This document shows, piece after piece, positions 22,101 through 27,527 of a DNA stretch of 64,000 nt. Position 1 is the first letter of the stretch; each line of letters starts with the position of its first letter. The notes under the pieces were generated by a model. The model was not told where the DNA came from and made no database searches. It saw only the letters and a program-made list of their open reading frames with translations. The DNA comes from Pirellulaceae bacterium (GTDB taxonomy: Bacteria; Planctomycetota; Planctomycetia; Pirellulales; Pirellulaceae). The stretch lies in assembly GCA_045565995.1 (NCBI GenBank), contig JBJLEF010000001.1:1590182-1654181 (forward strand). The letters are read 5' to 3'. The position numbers were made by a program, and so were the translations under genes.

Positions 22101-24305
22101 TCATTCACCTATAAAGCAACAGATCAGCACGGTGAGGATAGTAATGTATCGACGGTCACGATTACGATGACCGGTGTTAATGATGGTCCAACGGCCATAC
22201 CTGATACACGAACGGTTGATCAGAACGTTGTTGCCAGTGAAGCCGCGGACGGTGTGCTAACGAATGATGACGAACCTGATACGGCTGACTCAAAGGTCGT
22301 CACTAAACTTAACGGGACGGATTTAGATATCATCTCCAGTAGTCTGACCATTACGTCAACCAAAGGTGCAACGTTTACGTTGAATGTAGATGGTTCGTTT
22401 AGCTACGATCCAACAACCTCTGTCGAATTGATGGCATTGGACCCGGGTGATACTGCTGATGATTTGTTTACTTATACTATGAGTGATCCTCATGGACAGA
22501 CCTCTCAGACGACAATTACTTTTACGGTAAATGGTGTGAATGACGCACCTATTGCCACGGATGATTCCTATGTAACCGGCCAGACTCAAACTCTGACGGT
22601 CGATCCAGTAGGAGTGCTCGGTAATGATTCCGATGCTGATGCAGATGACTTACCTTTCGTTTCGGAACTGAATGGTAGCACTGCTTTGACCGGTAACAGT
22701 GCAGAAGGTGCTACAGTAACCATCCTTGCTGATGGTTCGTTTACTTACGATCCAACGACGTCAGCAACATTGGCAGCATTAGTTCGTGGCGTCTCGCTCA
22801 GTGATACATTTACGTACACAGTAGAGGATTCACATGGAGCCACGTCAACGGCCATCGTCACGGTGGTAGTGACGGGGGAAAATAAGAATCCTGTAGCGGT
22901 TGATGATGACTTCCTTGGAAATGATGGAGTTTCCGAAGATGACACGTTCGTTGATGCTACAGGTGTTCTGGTGAATGATACGGATGAAGATGATCCCGCC
23001 TCAGCACTGTTTGTCTCGGGCCTGAACGGAATGGGACAGTTAAGTGGTGAAAGTATCAGGGGTGCACTGATTACCATGAATTCTGATGGAACGTTTCTTT
23101 ACGATCCGCGAAATGCAGCCGAACTTCAGGCTTTGGCCGACGGTGATACCACGACGGATACCTTTACCTACACGGTCAGTGACGGTCAGGGAGGCTCCAG
23201 TGAAGGTACTGTTTCGGTAGAAGTGTCTGGTGTTAATGACGCACCGATAGCCAATCCGGATACCGCCTTGGGAGGAAGAAATACTGATCTGATTATTGAT
23301 GTAATCAAGGCTGCTGATGATACTGACCCCGGTCATGATTACGACATTGATGGAACGATTGATGTGGTTACGATTACGGCTCAGCCGGACGTAAATCATG
23401 GTCAGGTTGTTGTAAATGGCGACAAAACAGTAACATTCCAACCAGCAACCGATTTCAGTGGAACGGCAACCTTTAATTATCAACTGACAGATGATTTTGG
23501 GGCGGTATCTAGTGAAGTAACGGTAACGGTTGAAATTAACGATGCTCCCTTTGCTGACGATGATTCGACTGACGCTTACCAAGACGTATTCAATACGCCA
23601 ACACGCATAGATGTCTTAGCTAATGACTCTGATGCGGATGGAACCCTTGATCCGGGAACGGTCACTGTGGTAACTGCTCCGCAGCATGGTAGTTTCACGG
23701 TAGATGTTGACGGAACGATTGTTTATCAACCGGATGATACGCCAACTATCTATGTTGGCCCCGATTCACTCGAGTATACAGTTGCTGATGATGATGGGGC
23801 TGTTTCCAATGTGGCGACCGTATCGATCAACGTGATCCCGGATCCATTCCCATGGCACAACCGTAGTAACGGAATGGATGTTAACAATGATGGATTTGTC
23901 TCGCCTTTAGATGCTTTATTGGTCATCTCGGAATTGAATATATCAGGTTCCTACACCTTACCTGAGCCTAGTGCAGGTTTTACACCACCACCATTTCTCG
24001 ATGTCAATGAAAATGGATCGATCGAGCCGGCCGATGCTCTCCAAATAATTAACCATCTCAATGCTAATGCTAATGGCGAAGGCGAATTTGTAGAACCCTC
24101 AGTAATGGATCTTTCTGAGGTCACTCAGCAAACGCTGGAAACACTCGAAGCACATGGTAATAACGGCTTTGCTTCGGATAATCTGCAGACGACCGGGTTG
24201 TCTCAGGTTCGCAATGAGATTCTAGAAGAATTAATATCAGATATTGCTGATGAGGTTTCTGGTGATAGTCAAGATTCACTGGATGACTTCTTCGGACAGT
24301 TTTAA
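4107..24305 (+). CDS. giant (6732 aa) modular cell-surface/extracellular protein: planctomycete-type N-terminal LExLExRxLL motif, two zincin HExxH metalloprotease-like modules, parallel beta-helix repeats, PPC-like domains, GEVED-like domain, tandem cadherin/VCBS-like repeats, C-terminal dockerin pair
   Basis: Uninterrupted 20.2-kb ORF with only short antisense ORFs. N-terminus is 'KRSQKKSNSISSKK...LENLEDRRLLTV'. Zincin motifs are 'HEIGHQLGLTH' (5886..5918, HExxHxxGxxH) and 'HEIGHALGF' (9558..). PbH1-like 'NNxIxxN' blocks sit near nt 7300-7560, 8380-8760 and 17750-18180. 'DVDVFSFEAEAGTEVYIDID' (10201..) and 'DADLFRIQLNTGDEVDIRVD' (17281..) are PPC-like. 'GEIEDYQIEI' is GEVED-like. Six to seven ~110-aa repeats end in 'GVNDAPI' across 21480..23830. 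'DVNNDGFVSPLDALLVISELN' and 'DVNENGSIEPADALQIINHLN' form a dockerin pair at 23872..24063. Confidence 0.85.
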   Translation: MMFNQESKRSQKKSNSISSKKSFDSKRKLFLENLEDRRLLTVGPQLIGIQPNDGELLPFNSEQAYIRDTAPRDLTFRFDENQVFNSNNLDGIQITRSNTDGDFTAASVTSDFNTGGLVEVQFTAAKLGTEQNDIQLVFSKRDQGGAGAPEIGVVDNRVEISLNTNPGNESTVSDLLTALNQNADAYALIRGSVVSGAAGTDVATPSNSYSPLVTAGANDVVIQPGYIGVADSPNEIIVRFSETLPDDLYQVDVYGEGKNALRNNLGMAVNDVTLDSVDNGQDISTQFELDLGAQIISVVPQPITRALDGTLTQNKDQILLFFNNDDLDPASAQDSDFYQLIRTSDTTESTDDAGFVFTPDTAEYNAETDAVLLTFAADLDQLPGSGAFRLRVGTSEALPGAVTSLVSADSPTNDFVTAQGVPAASLESGGVLISGEIIEDANFPIDLPGDSTDPGHREINLLDQLHVPSDSADSDLNISTIKYCFQDDLGIVPGDTGGQPAYNNITETQKQRTREILEQLSNRTGVQFIETEGEGFIVATADLAVIGMVSGPGGVLGVNGPIVVNGVPRSLVIMDDGDEWTDEFNGSWYQTAMHEIGHQLGLTHAYDLPAHTLLGQDGVEQAQYGPALLEEDFPGDHDEVHLNHLHRPESRDIDLYEFTLTAKGLFTAETFAERLRDFNEGNLVLNSALTVFRQNADGSHTVIAQNDDYFSDDSYVELNLDPGTYFVGVSSTGNTAYNPTIPDSGFYGTSAGIYQLKMNFRSDVDVASGNVMIDADNPLDANRPEIELTALDGDSDGLPGGVFNFWFRTAGETDGTHSSGESRTIFVDKSADDGGNGTLASPFNNLLDALNVSPTGVPSSTSNPASVQEGDILRILSNAGSDGDIRTELDNLAYEIGFDDMGNTLDDGAVLEIPKGVIVQIDAGAVMKMRRSWIGIGSTSPAEDRDRSGGAIQVLGAPNFIDELGNLVPQTGDYSDATPLQDLKGEENEKAVVHFTSYNDESLGLDTFTFATEAVAGDWGGILIHHGVDGADQTRVDYAKNGIFLNHINHADIRYGGGQVLVESVSQIIDPIEIVNARPTISHNEIAYSRDAAIAASPDSFKESNFHSPEYQEEFTTNPFTVDYKRIGPDIYGNRVHDNTTNGLAIRVGTLSGDSTQKLTVPGRLDDTDITHILQENLVIESTPGGPFEETLSQSLQLVTLSPRSLGADGSLAAGTYTYKMVFVDKNGNESLATDASRSVTISGSENGTELNQLLTASGDFVARRLYRHDGGVGAYQLIATINQTDTRYVDDGTTLNGDLDETATSKLRPRFDARLAIDPAVVLKLDGAHIHTEVGAQIIAEGRDGHEVVITSILDDRYGAGSTFDTSNDGAPIPGGVNEPTPGSWGGIYAAAESILSIDNAVIAYGGGVTPIEGTFTAFNTIEVQQAKARIANSIFEFNAGGFGGQAPASRYGRGVNEESVIFVRSAQPVIVGNTFRNNVDDDSTTRISAISINANALNHELLFDYGRSTGEAGALGGYRDNHGPLVIGNRLSNNEINGMVIRGEVLTTQSIWDDTDITNVLFDTIIVPDFHTYGGLRLQSNPTQSLVVKLEGGNAGFDVTGRPLEIEDRIGGAIQIIGQPKSPVVITSLKDDSAGAGIQPNGDPMVDTNNDGEYNPADYVDQTTTRININFGPTMQNNLAAMQTVQRAADFWSTALADDVTVTIDAEFAALGAGVAGTMSPVMGNMLYDQLRDVMISDAQEHEIIVGQLPVYQGLTTDGADVSDTVSVTRANLKALGVTNLPVSNSLFGTGAIDGIMNIADTYDNAAADFLQVAIHEIGHALGFVSGVANVDAGASVTNLTTMDMFRLAPGQGINNFTDAPRMLDPTKDHVFFDGGHFNPSRISTIAGLTRGDIPLSTGEATGDGWQASHFKNRNLINGVYLGTMDPVVNPAATENASENDKRVLDLIGWDVIYAGPASPGDWNTVLIDQYAHDRNVSVTVENESRDVNAPGPNATALKAQFLGELAPNQKAGDDNRRLGFEVSGFLANPDDVDVFSFEAEAGTEVYIDIDKTTHALDAVLELLDSNDRVLVRSTNSLAESNENAALAVDSSMQDKARVLHQADSPFAGKDYWAINPRDPGMRIQLPGPVGTRNTYHVRVRSNTTDGFIDALPIGSSGLTSGAYQMQIRLEELDEVPGSMIQYASIGYATTGITVVGQPAHSFLSGENTEVETTHLQNDSRSTAQSIGNVLQSERGAISVAGYMHPNLTGNSTDWDEDYYRFEVAAQELRGSEVNTWPVVIDLDWADGLGRANLNLGIYDESGTLIYWSTDSNVADDRPRPNVDNQVEDLSRGSVGTGDPLIGPISLLPGVYYAVVSIEGHTPDFGSTTQLEPVNSLIRIAEDRIESTGTQSHLANSGDPFDGHWPGQQGGDDVVLRYPDGTIRNVRTFEEAEQPVLWNEQSVIPWTLSDVSLIVATNDRMAMYDPFTGRERVFYGDDVHFGDDNRIGDIGRQFDGTVHAFSSAFLPVPGNGCAPRDDNNRYLELNTEIGNATVVGATGIQTFELDPANPDAYKRANNCENVDIGYGVDIEAMYYGTISRPHSNDRSSDDNSNSPSERLLVVGNRNDQLVQQNGVDWKTNLVLELDPTTGAVRHTGTKDPDLNPNEHEASLNAWAVGRILTGPELSTVSFGNPFGAATTTNPINFSTVWQITDGSLFEINDGFQTTTFEFDFGPEVLQDLNAPTDAPPPDPSKVMKDGYFFVLDSDSNTVDDEQVFQFDTGSVITFTENGDQFNDATVITINDGISGKAFEFEDTTAATPDGLSDPNAQQVNFGSGTSAFGLAAELARLINANNDTVIVAEAVGNRVTLIDDNSIQITNSEDPVVGVRLEGGGGAAPILHIKDPSLLVDGNTFSVMETVSNTPIIFEFNNLAVGGGVTAGNIQVDFNVTDTRQQVAQAVAAAVSGSTANTGLTAHVGNDRVAINGPMIDIGTLVAAPTAASLALPSVITVEENFDRDQIGTAVQSTVSVFPGFDVGFYEDRINFLGPEVGDFSGVAPRWLDLATEGGTSDPQHIRIGLLAHDQGSDYADPFDPNNPPGTLDGIASKIADAINANYNQDFPNPNPSQTVSATANGAEVSVIGGQISTPPGSPISADGAGPGGTIRGLTAIKTATGRTEQLFAVSDEGGLYEVTVDLRDNNRLNVETEFVVSSTADLNGINFTGLTVGPQNVEDGRYADLLFGIDEEGSVFAFDTSGELQPVFGDGAPVLELFGSMMNPTVTQTLRPIVDASGIVDDDTFSVHGEIFQLEKSGVDPENGNVWVDISGFFGFPLDPVGIGIAIATAINNHPFPAGIDVGATVDFNGDVIIFGDGLGAGAVDASSTAGILHLLPDLVAEFPPVGLVFSNLDTNLFWNQHSADDSSTQQNETDRYSTQVRAYCEADDSWDNVHTTTVICPDPGGPLQLEIDKRQHDQGHGIPPSPDGTRIDYVAGHSSLHFGRGNVDGDPRSYDYIGGAYGSMVSNEFSLAGRSAADKPMLYFNYFKDSDAASVSISDNGGGWVTVAGLGNTGGVWDQQRVDLSSFAGAEHLRLKVDFTTGKRQSGDELRAIEGQYIRDGETFVIDNQTFEFETGISFVFPSGGTMVENSTIELTDENDITTVFEFVLDIANVTTGDQPVLVSSSDSASEIATRFSNALQLEGYVTHVNNERVNIPVNRLGTGPTFVVTDVNTGPMLEGQLGLNVDGNTGLPINVNAVPVYVHEGMDRIQVANELDVSLETAFYAPVIVTESGNEFSDGETFTLSDGVVDPATNLASRRVYEFDTGVLIAIPVAGGASVADGETITFTNSATGDDLTFEFEDIDVADGIAAGNIEIDYQASDLMISLAQKFVDVVNANGALMGLNAQVIDGNRVQIHSTLDTVTATSGTFGIDANSTPGVGLDIEIQASGTDITDQDTLTLTVPGFPTDTAVIFEFNDLAVGGGVTSPNIQVDFDVTDTPAEIATALGDAMVGLFAGVNVTEHFVGLDNNAGVFGATAVGGITIRDRETIRVIPGSMMTAAEVANVVADGINLTTNQNIQAGIGDAQRMVVLQHTSLLSSFIAFSENAGQAVKLQLETINDVVGNDSVKQHGDLLRIIGHAVADAGPLGLFNNASDFGVAKLQNNDHEGFYIDDFVIGYAERGEMITAFDGDDNYDGDPIGASLGAYQLEIRRASEYVSGNLFQQTFDTNDRHTSAFRIIAQDGADIADGDIFTLTDGMRQVNFEFSDEDNSNGVTPGNFEVPFNSEQLAWEVAISIRDTINRSEVRAVLDVTAALSDGTDGTRFPDDGDGDDRDDLRIDIDLFDFPNILSSNLVDLHGDAYILGDVSLRTFNPVFQPAAEPNDILSQAVDTGINGPQSATFEATGAIGDNQDLSAQLGRDADLFRIQLNTGDEVDIRVDAAAGSLLDPVLSFYDAVGSELVGARVDASANGVAEITTFTAPIGGTFYIGVSGFPTGESKPLGAGVTLIDTDDGADTPVSNNTGFYSIQISTGALSIEDSAAVFQFVEFPNGILNTGSQVRGDSNLPREQGQILLQGNRITNSQTYGIHIEGGNRVALDGNAPHQGAVRHLDELNNEGLVPGVTVINNLITYSGSGGIRFSGDTNGAGLPTAPVPFGRIVNNTIVGIGGTIMTEFDGNDIGIQVDQNASPTLLNNIIANTAQGINVDPSSNTTVVGGTLYQGNLSNTNYSGEDFAISLTDMDPLFVDPRFGVNNFYLDPGTPENPNRAIDSSVSSLAERFEFNLVKEPIGLAPSPIIAPVRDVTGQLRVDDPSVEPPNGLGTNVFIDRGAIDRADFSGPTAALINPRDNDADGVDENSGHTVVNLGANAVVSSFEIRLNDGLEPADPNEGVGIADNTVTTETVVLRQNGELLYDGIDYSFSYNETSDTVRLTPLSGIWTPDRIYTIELANTDHWKLVSESGVNINDGDIFKILDLDGNEADFEFERGYSLSVPQTLELQIPEEAGGLGGIVDGEVFSLRIGTNAPVVFEFDRDADVTAGRTPILYTVNSTLDEIADGIVAAVSNAGVGANPVNLGDGRIHVGSNVLHTLDTSLTSLTQTGIAGGVADGDYFTIDDGSKIITFEFENTEVGDGPLVADPIAGDVVIQFTTEKTHIELAQLISDSINAEDLNLDTATLTGGIVHIGGTMSHLLNSANSNLLQQGAPGVRPEFGIRIPTTAGQIAGLDDGETFVVQYGSSAPVTFELNNLDVDPSVTLGNTRIDYNNSTTVNQLAQEIVIALKGSGLNLDPEIVPGTSLISFGARPQHSLDVSNTALIKVGDPSKAAAIPVNILPLDSFDGAQTAVQIIKAIRSDQSQEQLDGIIAMPTGANQLMVTGALNVSTFSDAFLPDDWSVQTPREIKEIEDLATNPLKPNQLSGETMYTIQLGTVDYDMGDAPDGNGVAPQNAYPTVSGHNPAIHVSGSTIFLGERVDPDNDGQPIIEDDHDGDGYQIDTSTAVGITTDSPTSETPTNLVISSVDVLTVTVDGNGIVDDDILVVGNTNFQLETSGLDPGNGNVFVDIIPGTDSINNIADKIATAINGEAIAGVNATAVGADVQITSTEGTVVDADAATGIDAAAQRAHAVDGETFTITGNGNDYTVELDSDGTIINGNIQASFGVVDSADDLAATITQALINANIPLNLNPIARTNGRIEITGDDADGVSGPGGTAIGFFNPYVFTELVVTASQDSLLDAWVDYNRDGDWDDPNEQVAAAMQLTAGENELSVKAPLEPDSVPGQTFARFRISDVGGLRPTGLTTNGEIEDYQIEIVDGRPPEAINDPSVATAGFATTEDVVLPVGAVDPSVLDNDTDANNNDIRVDEFDVLSARGAIVTVDQNWKSAGASSGTFQYDPTAAVDIQELHDGEVVADTFTYTLIEDTTTPNSFGFKSQTAATVTITLTGVNDAPISQDIPLSAFEDGIAVTADFDGDDVDNDDDFDSLTFSIVDTLSAGEGTVANNGDGTFTFVPGSDFQELAQDQEFDVSFTYKATDQHGEDSNVSTVTITMTGVNDGPTAIPDTRTVDQNVVASEAADGVLTNDDEPDTADSKVVTKLNGTDLDIISSSLTITSTKGATFTLNVDGSFSYDPTTSVELMALDPGDTADDLFTYTMSDPHGQTSQTTITFTVNGVNDAPIATDDSYVTGQTQTLTVDPVGVLGNDSDADADDLPFVSELNGSTALTGNSAEGATVTILADGSFTYDPTTSATLAALVRGVSLSDTFTYTVEDSHGATSTAIVTVVVTGENKNPVAVDDDFLGNDGVSEDDTFVDATGVLVNDTDEDDPASALFVSGLNGMGQLSGESIRGALITMNSDGTFLYDPRNAAELQALADGDTTTDTFTYTVSDGQGGSSEGTVSVEVSGVNDAPIANPDTALGGRNTDLIIDVIKAADDTDPGHDYDIDGTIDVVTITAQPDVNHGQVVVNGDKTVTFQPATDFSGTATFNYQLTDDFGAVSSEVTVTVEINDAPFADDDSTDAYQDVFNTPTRIDVLANDSDADGTLDPGTVTVVTAPQHGSFTVDVDGTIVYQPDDTPTIYVGPDSLEYTVADDDGAVSNVATVSINVIPDPFPWHNRSNGMDVNNDGFVSPLDALLVISELNISGSYTLPEPSAGFTPPPFLDVNENGSIEPADALQIINHLNANANGEGEFVEPSVMDLSEVTQQTLETLEAHGNNGFASDNLQTTGLSQVRNEILEELISDIADEVSGDSQDSLDDFFGQF

Positions 24306-24330
24306 GTCTTGAGAAAAAGTCTCTGATGCA

Positions 24331-24371
24331 CTGGCGGGAAAGGTCCGACTTTTCCCGCCAGTTTGTCGTTT
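24331..24371 (+). terminator. rho-independent terminator after giant gene
   Basis: An 11-bp perfect stem 'ctggcgggaaa'/'tttcccgccag' flanks a 9-nt loop and is followed by 'tttgtcgttt'. It lies 26 nt after the stop codon. Confidence 0.7.
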
Positions 24372-24476
24372 AAGCCCTGAGATCTGCTTTGCGTCACAAT
24401 GGGCTAGCAGTTATCTTAAATTCTCAGGGATTTAGCGCCCACTCTCTCAGATTACGGCACCCATAGAAGATATAGA

Positions 24477-25094
24477 GTGAGAATGAACGACGATACCAAT
24501 AGTACTCTATTAGTGCGTGCTAAGGGCGGTGATCGGGATGCCTTAGGTAATCTGCTCAATAGATACCGCCCATATCTGCGGATTCTTGCTCTCAGATATT
24601 TGGACTCAGGCGTGCGGCAGCGCGTCGATCCCTCGGATGTGATTCAGCAGACTTGTTTGGATATTCATCGCGATATCGACGGTTTTCGTGGCGACCATGA
24701 GGCGGAATGGATTGGTTGGGTTCGACGTATTCTCGAAAATAATGTCAACCAGGTGATTCGGCGACACATACAGGCACAGAAACGTTCTGTGCGCAAAGAA
24801 GCGGTTGTCGATAAATCATCAGGTACTCACCGAGTCTATAATGCCGGTCCTGTATCGAAGGAGTCTTCTCCGAGTCATCGAGTGATGAAAGGAGAACGTG
24901 CTGTTCGATTGGCAATCATGCTGGGAAAACTGCCGGAAGTTCAACGAGAAGCCATACGTTTGCGTTATTTGGAGGGCAGAACCCTTCAGCAAATTGCAGA
25001 GAGTATTGGAAGATCGGAGATGGCAGTCGCAGGCCTTTTAAAGCGAGGCCTTCGCAGTCTGCGCGATTTGAGTGGGACAGAGAGTAGTTTTTAA
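24477..25094 (+). CDS. ECF-type RNA polymerase sigma factor (sigma-70 regions 2 and 4)
   Basis: Region 2 reads 'LLNRYRPYLRILALRYL...DVIQQTCLDI'. Region 4 HTH reads 'LPEVQREAIRLRYLEGRTLQQIAESIGRSEMAVAGLLKRGLRSLR'. The 205-aa size fits. Confidence 0.85.
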   Translation: MRMNDDTNSTLLVRAKGGDRDALGNLLNRYRPYLRILALRYLDSGVRQRVDPSDVIQQTCLDIHRDIDGFRGDHEAEWIGWVRRILENNVNQVIRRHIQAQKRSVRKEAVVDKSSGTHRVYNAGPVSKESSPSHRVMKGERAVRLAIMLGKLPEVQREAIRLRYLEGRTLQQIAESIGRSEMAVAGLLKRGLRSLRDLSGTESSF

Positions 25095-25134
25095 TCACCT
25101 TGGTCATGTCACTTCACTGCCGTGACGATACAGA

Positions 25135-27405
25135 ATGACTATGTCTGAACATCTTGTTGAAAATCCTGAATTCGAGGACGAGCCTTCTGAACGGGAAATC
25201 CGCATCAGTAGGTTGCTAGCGGATTTTTTAAAGCAGGAAGATGAAGGAACGGCGGCTAGTCGTGAGCGATTTCTGAAAGAGAATGAAGACGTCGCTGAGG
25301 ATCTTCAAATCCTACTTGAGATGGCCGATATGATTCAGGAAATGGCAGGACCAGTTTCCGGTGATGAACTGGTCTTAGATTCCATTGGACCATCGCCAGA
25401 TCAAGGTGTCTCTAAGCCTCCTTCCCCCGTGCTTGAGGGAAACCATGGACTGGAAGGTCGTCCTGGTCATGGTGAGGATACACCAACCAACCAGGGCGAT
25501 AGCGTTGATTTCTCTTTGCCGGGTGAGTCGATACCTCCGGTCGGAAGGGACTCAAGTATGCCCGAAGGATTTACCTTCGGCGACTACCAATTGTTGGAAG
25601 TGATTGGTCAGGGAGGGATGGGAATTGTCTATCGCGCTCATCAGGCAGGTATTAATCGTGAAGTAGCGGTCAAAATGATCCGTTCAGATCGTTTCCGTTT
25701 TGATAAGGACTTAGCTCGTTTCTACAAAGAAGCACAAACTGCGGGATCAACGCAACACCCGAATATTGTGACCGTATTTGACATCGGTGATGTAAATGGT
25801 CGACATTATTTCTCGATGCAATTGATCGAAGGTGCCGATCTGGCAGCACTAAACCGCGAAAATAAACTTAGTAGTCGGCGCATCGCAGAGATTTTGAAGG
25901 ATGTTGCGAATGGTATTGAAGCAGCACATAAACACGACATCCTCCATCGTGACTTAAAGCCGGCAAATGTATTGGTGCGCGAGTCGGATGGTCAGGCGTT
26001 TGTTACGGACTTTGGTTTAGCCAAACAGGTCGAAAATGAACTGGAACTGACGCAAAGTGGTGATACCGTTGGAACGCCAAGCTATATGGCGCCGGAACAA
26101 GCCAGAGCCGATGAATCTCGTATGGGGCCGGCTTCGGATGTTTACTCGATCGGTGCCATTCTTTACGAGTTGTTGACAGGAGTTCCACCATTTAAGTCGG
26201 ATTCAATGGCTAGTACTGTTGTGGAAGTATTGCATCGTGAAGTGATACCTCCGTCGCACTTGAATGCCAAGGTGAATAAATATCTGGAGGCCATTTGTCT
26301 GAAGTGCCTCGAAAAGAATCCACAATCACGTTACGAATCTGCCAAAGAACTAGCCTCAGACTTCCAGCGTGTGCTTGACGGTCGACCTGTAAAAGCCGTT
26401 ACTGTGGGGAAATCAAGAAAGGCCATTCGCTGGGTTTGTAATGTTCCCTTCTTTGCTCGTCTATCAGGTAATCACTTCCCCAACGTGAGGCCTGCTCATC
26501 GCGTAGTTAATCATTTACTGTGGATCATTCCCGTCTTGCTTTTAGGTTGGTTCGTCTTGTGGCAAAACGTTCGAGAGAGCTATGTCCCGGATTCGATTCG
26601 TATCGGTACGGGGATGAAGGATCAGTTCTATCACCAGGTTGGACTGGAATTGCAAAACGAATTGGTTACGCATTACGATCAGCCCGCCGATATCCAGACG
26701 ACCACCGGTTCCTTAGAGAATGTTAACTTACTGAATTCCGGTGCTATCCATATCGCCATTGCGCAGCTCGAAGTGCTTGCCAATGACAATTCGATCGCTA
26801 AACTCACCCCACTCTATGCTGATAAAGTCCATGTGGTGGTTCGAAAGGGTCTGGGAATCGAAACATTAAGCGATCTCGAACACCGGGTTATTTCTTTGGG
26901 ACCTCCCAACTCGGGGATGAGAATTACGTCGGAGCGAGTCTTGGCGACACTGAATATCGATTACAACAGCATGCAACAAACCTCCAAACCGTTCCAGGAT
27001 ATGCTGACCGATTCGAGTATTGAAGCTGGTATCGTTACAACACGTACAGAGAATCAGGTGCTTCGGCATTTGCTTAATGATACCCGGTTCAAACTGATCG
27101 GTCTTACGATTCCTCAAATCAATGCATTAACTCAAATTGGGTATCATCGAGATCGGATTTCAGGTGAGGGTCTCAGTCAGGTCGAAGCGGAATTAACTTC
27201 CACGGTTGCAACAATGGCATTTTTGGTAAGTAATGCAGATGCCGGAGAGGCCTTAGTGGATCGAATGCTTAATGCCCTGTTTGAAGAACGGGACAACGGT
27301 AGTATTGCAACTCGCTTAAACCTGCTTTCGAGAACGGCAGCGAGTCAGCATCCTATTGATTTTCATCCAGCAGCATTGAGATTCTTTGAAGAATCCGAGG
27401 AATAA
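25135..27405 (+). CDS. Ser/Thr protein kinase (Hanks-type) with acidic N-terminal domain, one TM segment and C-terminal periplasmic-binding-protein-like (TAXI/PhnD-like) sensor domain
   Basis: Kinase motifs are 'IGQGGMGIVYRAHQ', 'VAVKMI', 'HRDLKPANVLV', 'DFGLAK' and 'GTPSYMAPE'. A TM segment 'LLWIIPVLLLGWFVLW' follows. The C-terminal 'NLLNSGAIHIAIAQLEVLANDN...VHVVVRKG' resembles PBP-type solute receptors. The gene directly follows the ECF sigma with a 40-nt gap. Confidence 0.85.
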   Translation: MTMSEHLVENPEFEDEPSEREIRISRLLADFLKQEDEGTAASRERFLKENEDVAEDLQILLEMADMIQEMAGPVSGDELVLDSIGPSPDQGVSKPPSPVLEGNHGLEGRPGHGEDTPTNQGDSVDFSLPGESIPPVGRDSSMPEGFTFGDYQLLEVIGQGGMGIVYRAHQAGINREVAVKMIRSDRFRFDKDLARFYKEAQTAGSTQHPNIVTVFDIGDVNGRHYFSMQLIEGADLAALNRENKLSSRRIAEILKDVANGIEAAHKHDILHRDLKPANVLVRESDGQAFVTDFGLAKQVENELELTQSGDTVGTPSYMAPEQARADESRMGPASDVYSIGAILYELLTGVPPFKSDSMASTVVEVLHREVIPPSHLNAKVNKYLEAICLKCLEKNPQSRYESAKELASDFQRVLDGRPVKAVTVGKSRKAIRWVCNVPFFARLSGNHFPNVRPAHRVVNHLLWIIPVLLLGWFVLWQNVRESYVPDSIRIGTGMKDQFYHQVGLELQNELVTHYDQPADIQTTTGSLENVNLLNSGAIHIAIAQLEVLANDNSIAKLTPLYADKVHVVVRKGLGIETLSDLEHRVISLGPPNSGMRITSERVLATLNIDYNSMQQTSKPFQDMLTDSSIEAGIVTTRTENQVLRHLLNDTRFKLIGLTIPQINALTQIGYHRDRISGEGLSQVEAELTSTVATMAFLVSNADAGEALVDRMLNALFEERDNGSIATRLNLLSRTAASQHPIDFHPAALRFFEESEE

Positions 27406-27473
27406 ATACGAAGTTTTATTGGCTTAGATTAGAGATTAAGCGCCTATCTTTGTGGATAAAAACACCTCTAATT

Positions 27474-27486
27474 AATGGTAACCATT
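27474..27486. promoter_or_regulatory. inverted repeat AATGGT-a-ACCATT ~45 nt upstream of the transporter start
   Basis: Seen directly. This is a candidate operator; no function can be assigned from sequence alone. Confidence 0.2.
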
Positions 27487-27527
27487 GATTTCTTAAGTCA
27501 TGAGAAGATCCACCGGAGTGAAAAGTT

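Noticed and set aside
21470-23830. Possible CRISPR-like or DNA-level tandem repeats
   Set aside because: The periodicity is ~330 nt with only protein-level (VNDAP) conservation, and the repeats are diverged at nucleotide level. They are coding Ig-like repeats, not a CRISPR array. No short direct-repeat and spacer structure occurs anywhere in the window.
24305-24476. ECF-type promoter upstream of the sigma gene
   Set aside because: I could not identify a convincing GGAAC-N16-17-CGTC-like pair by eye. Only the terminator hairpin is well supported.
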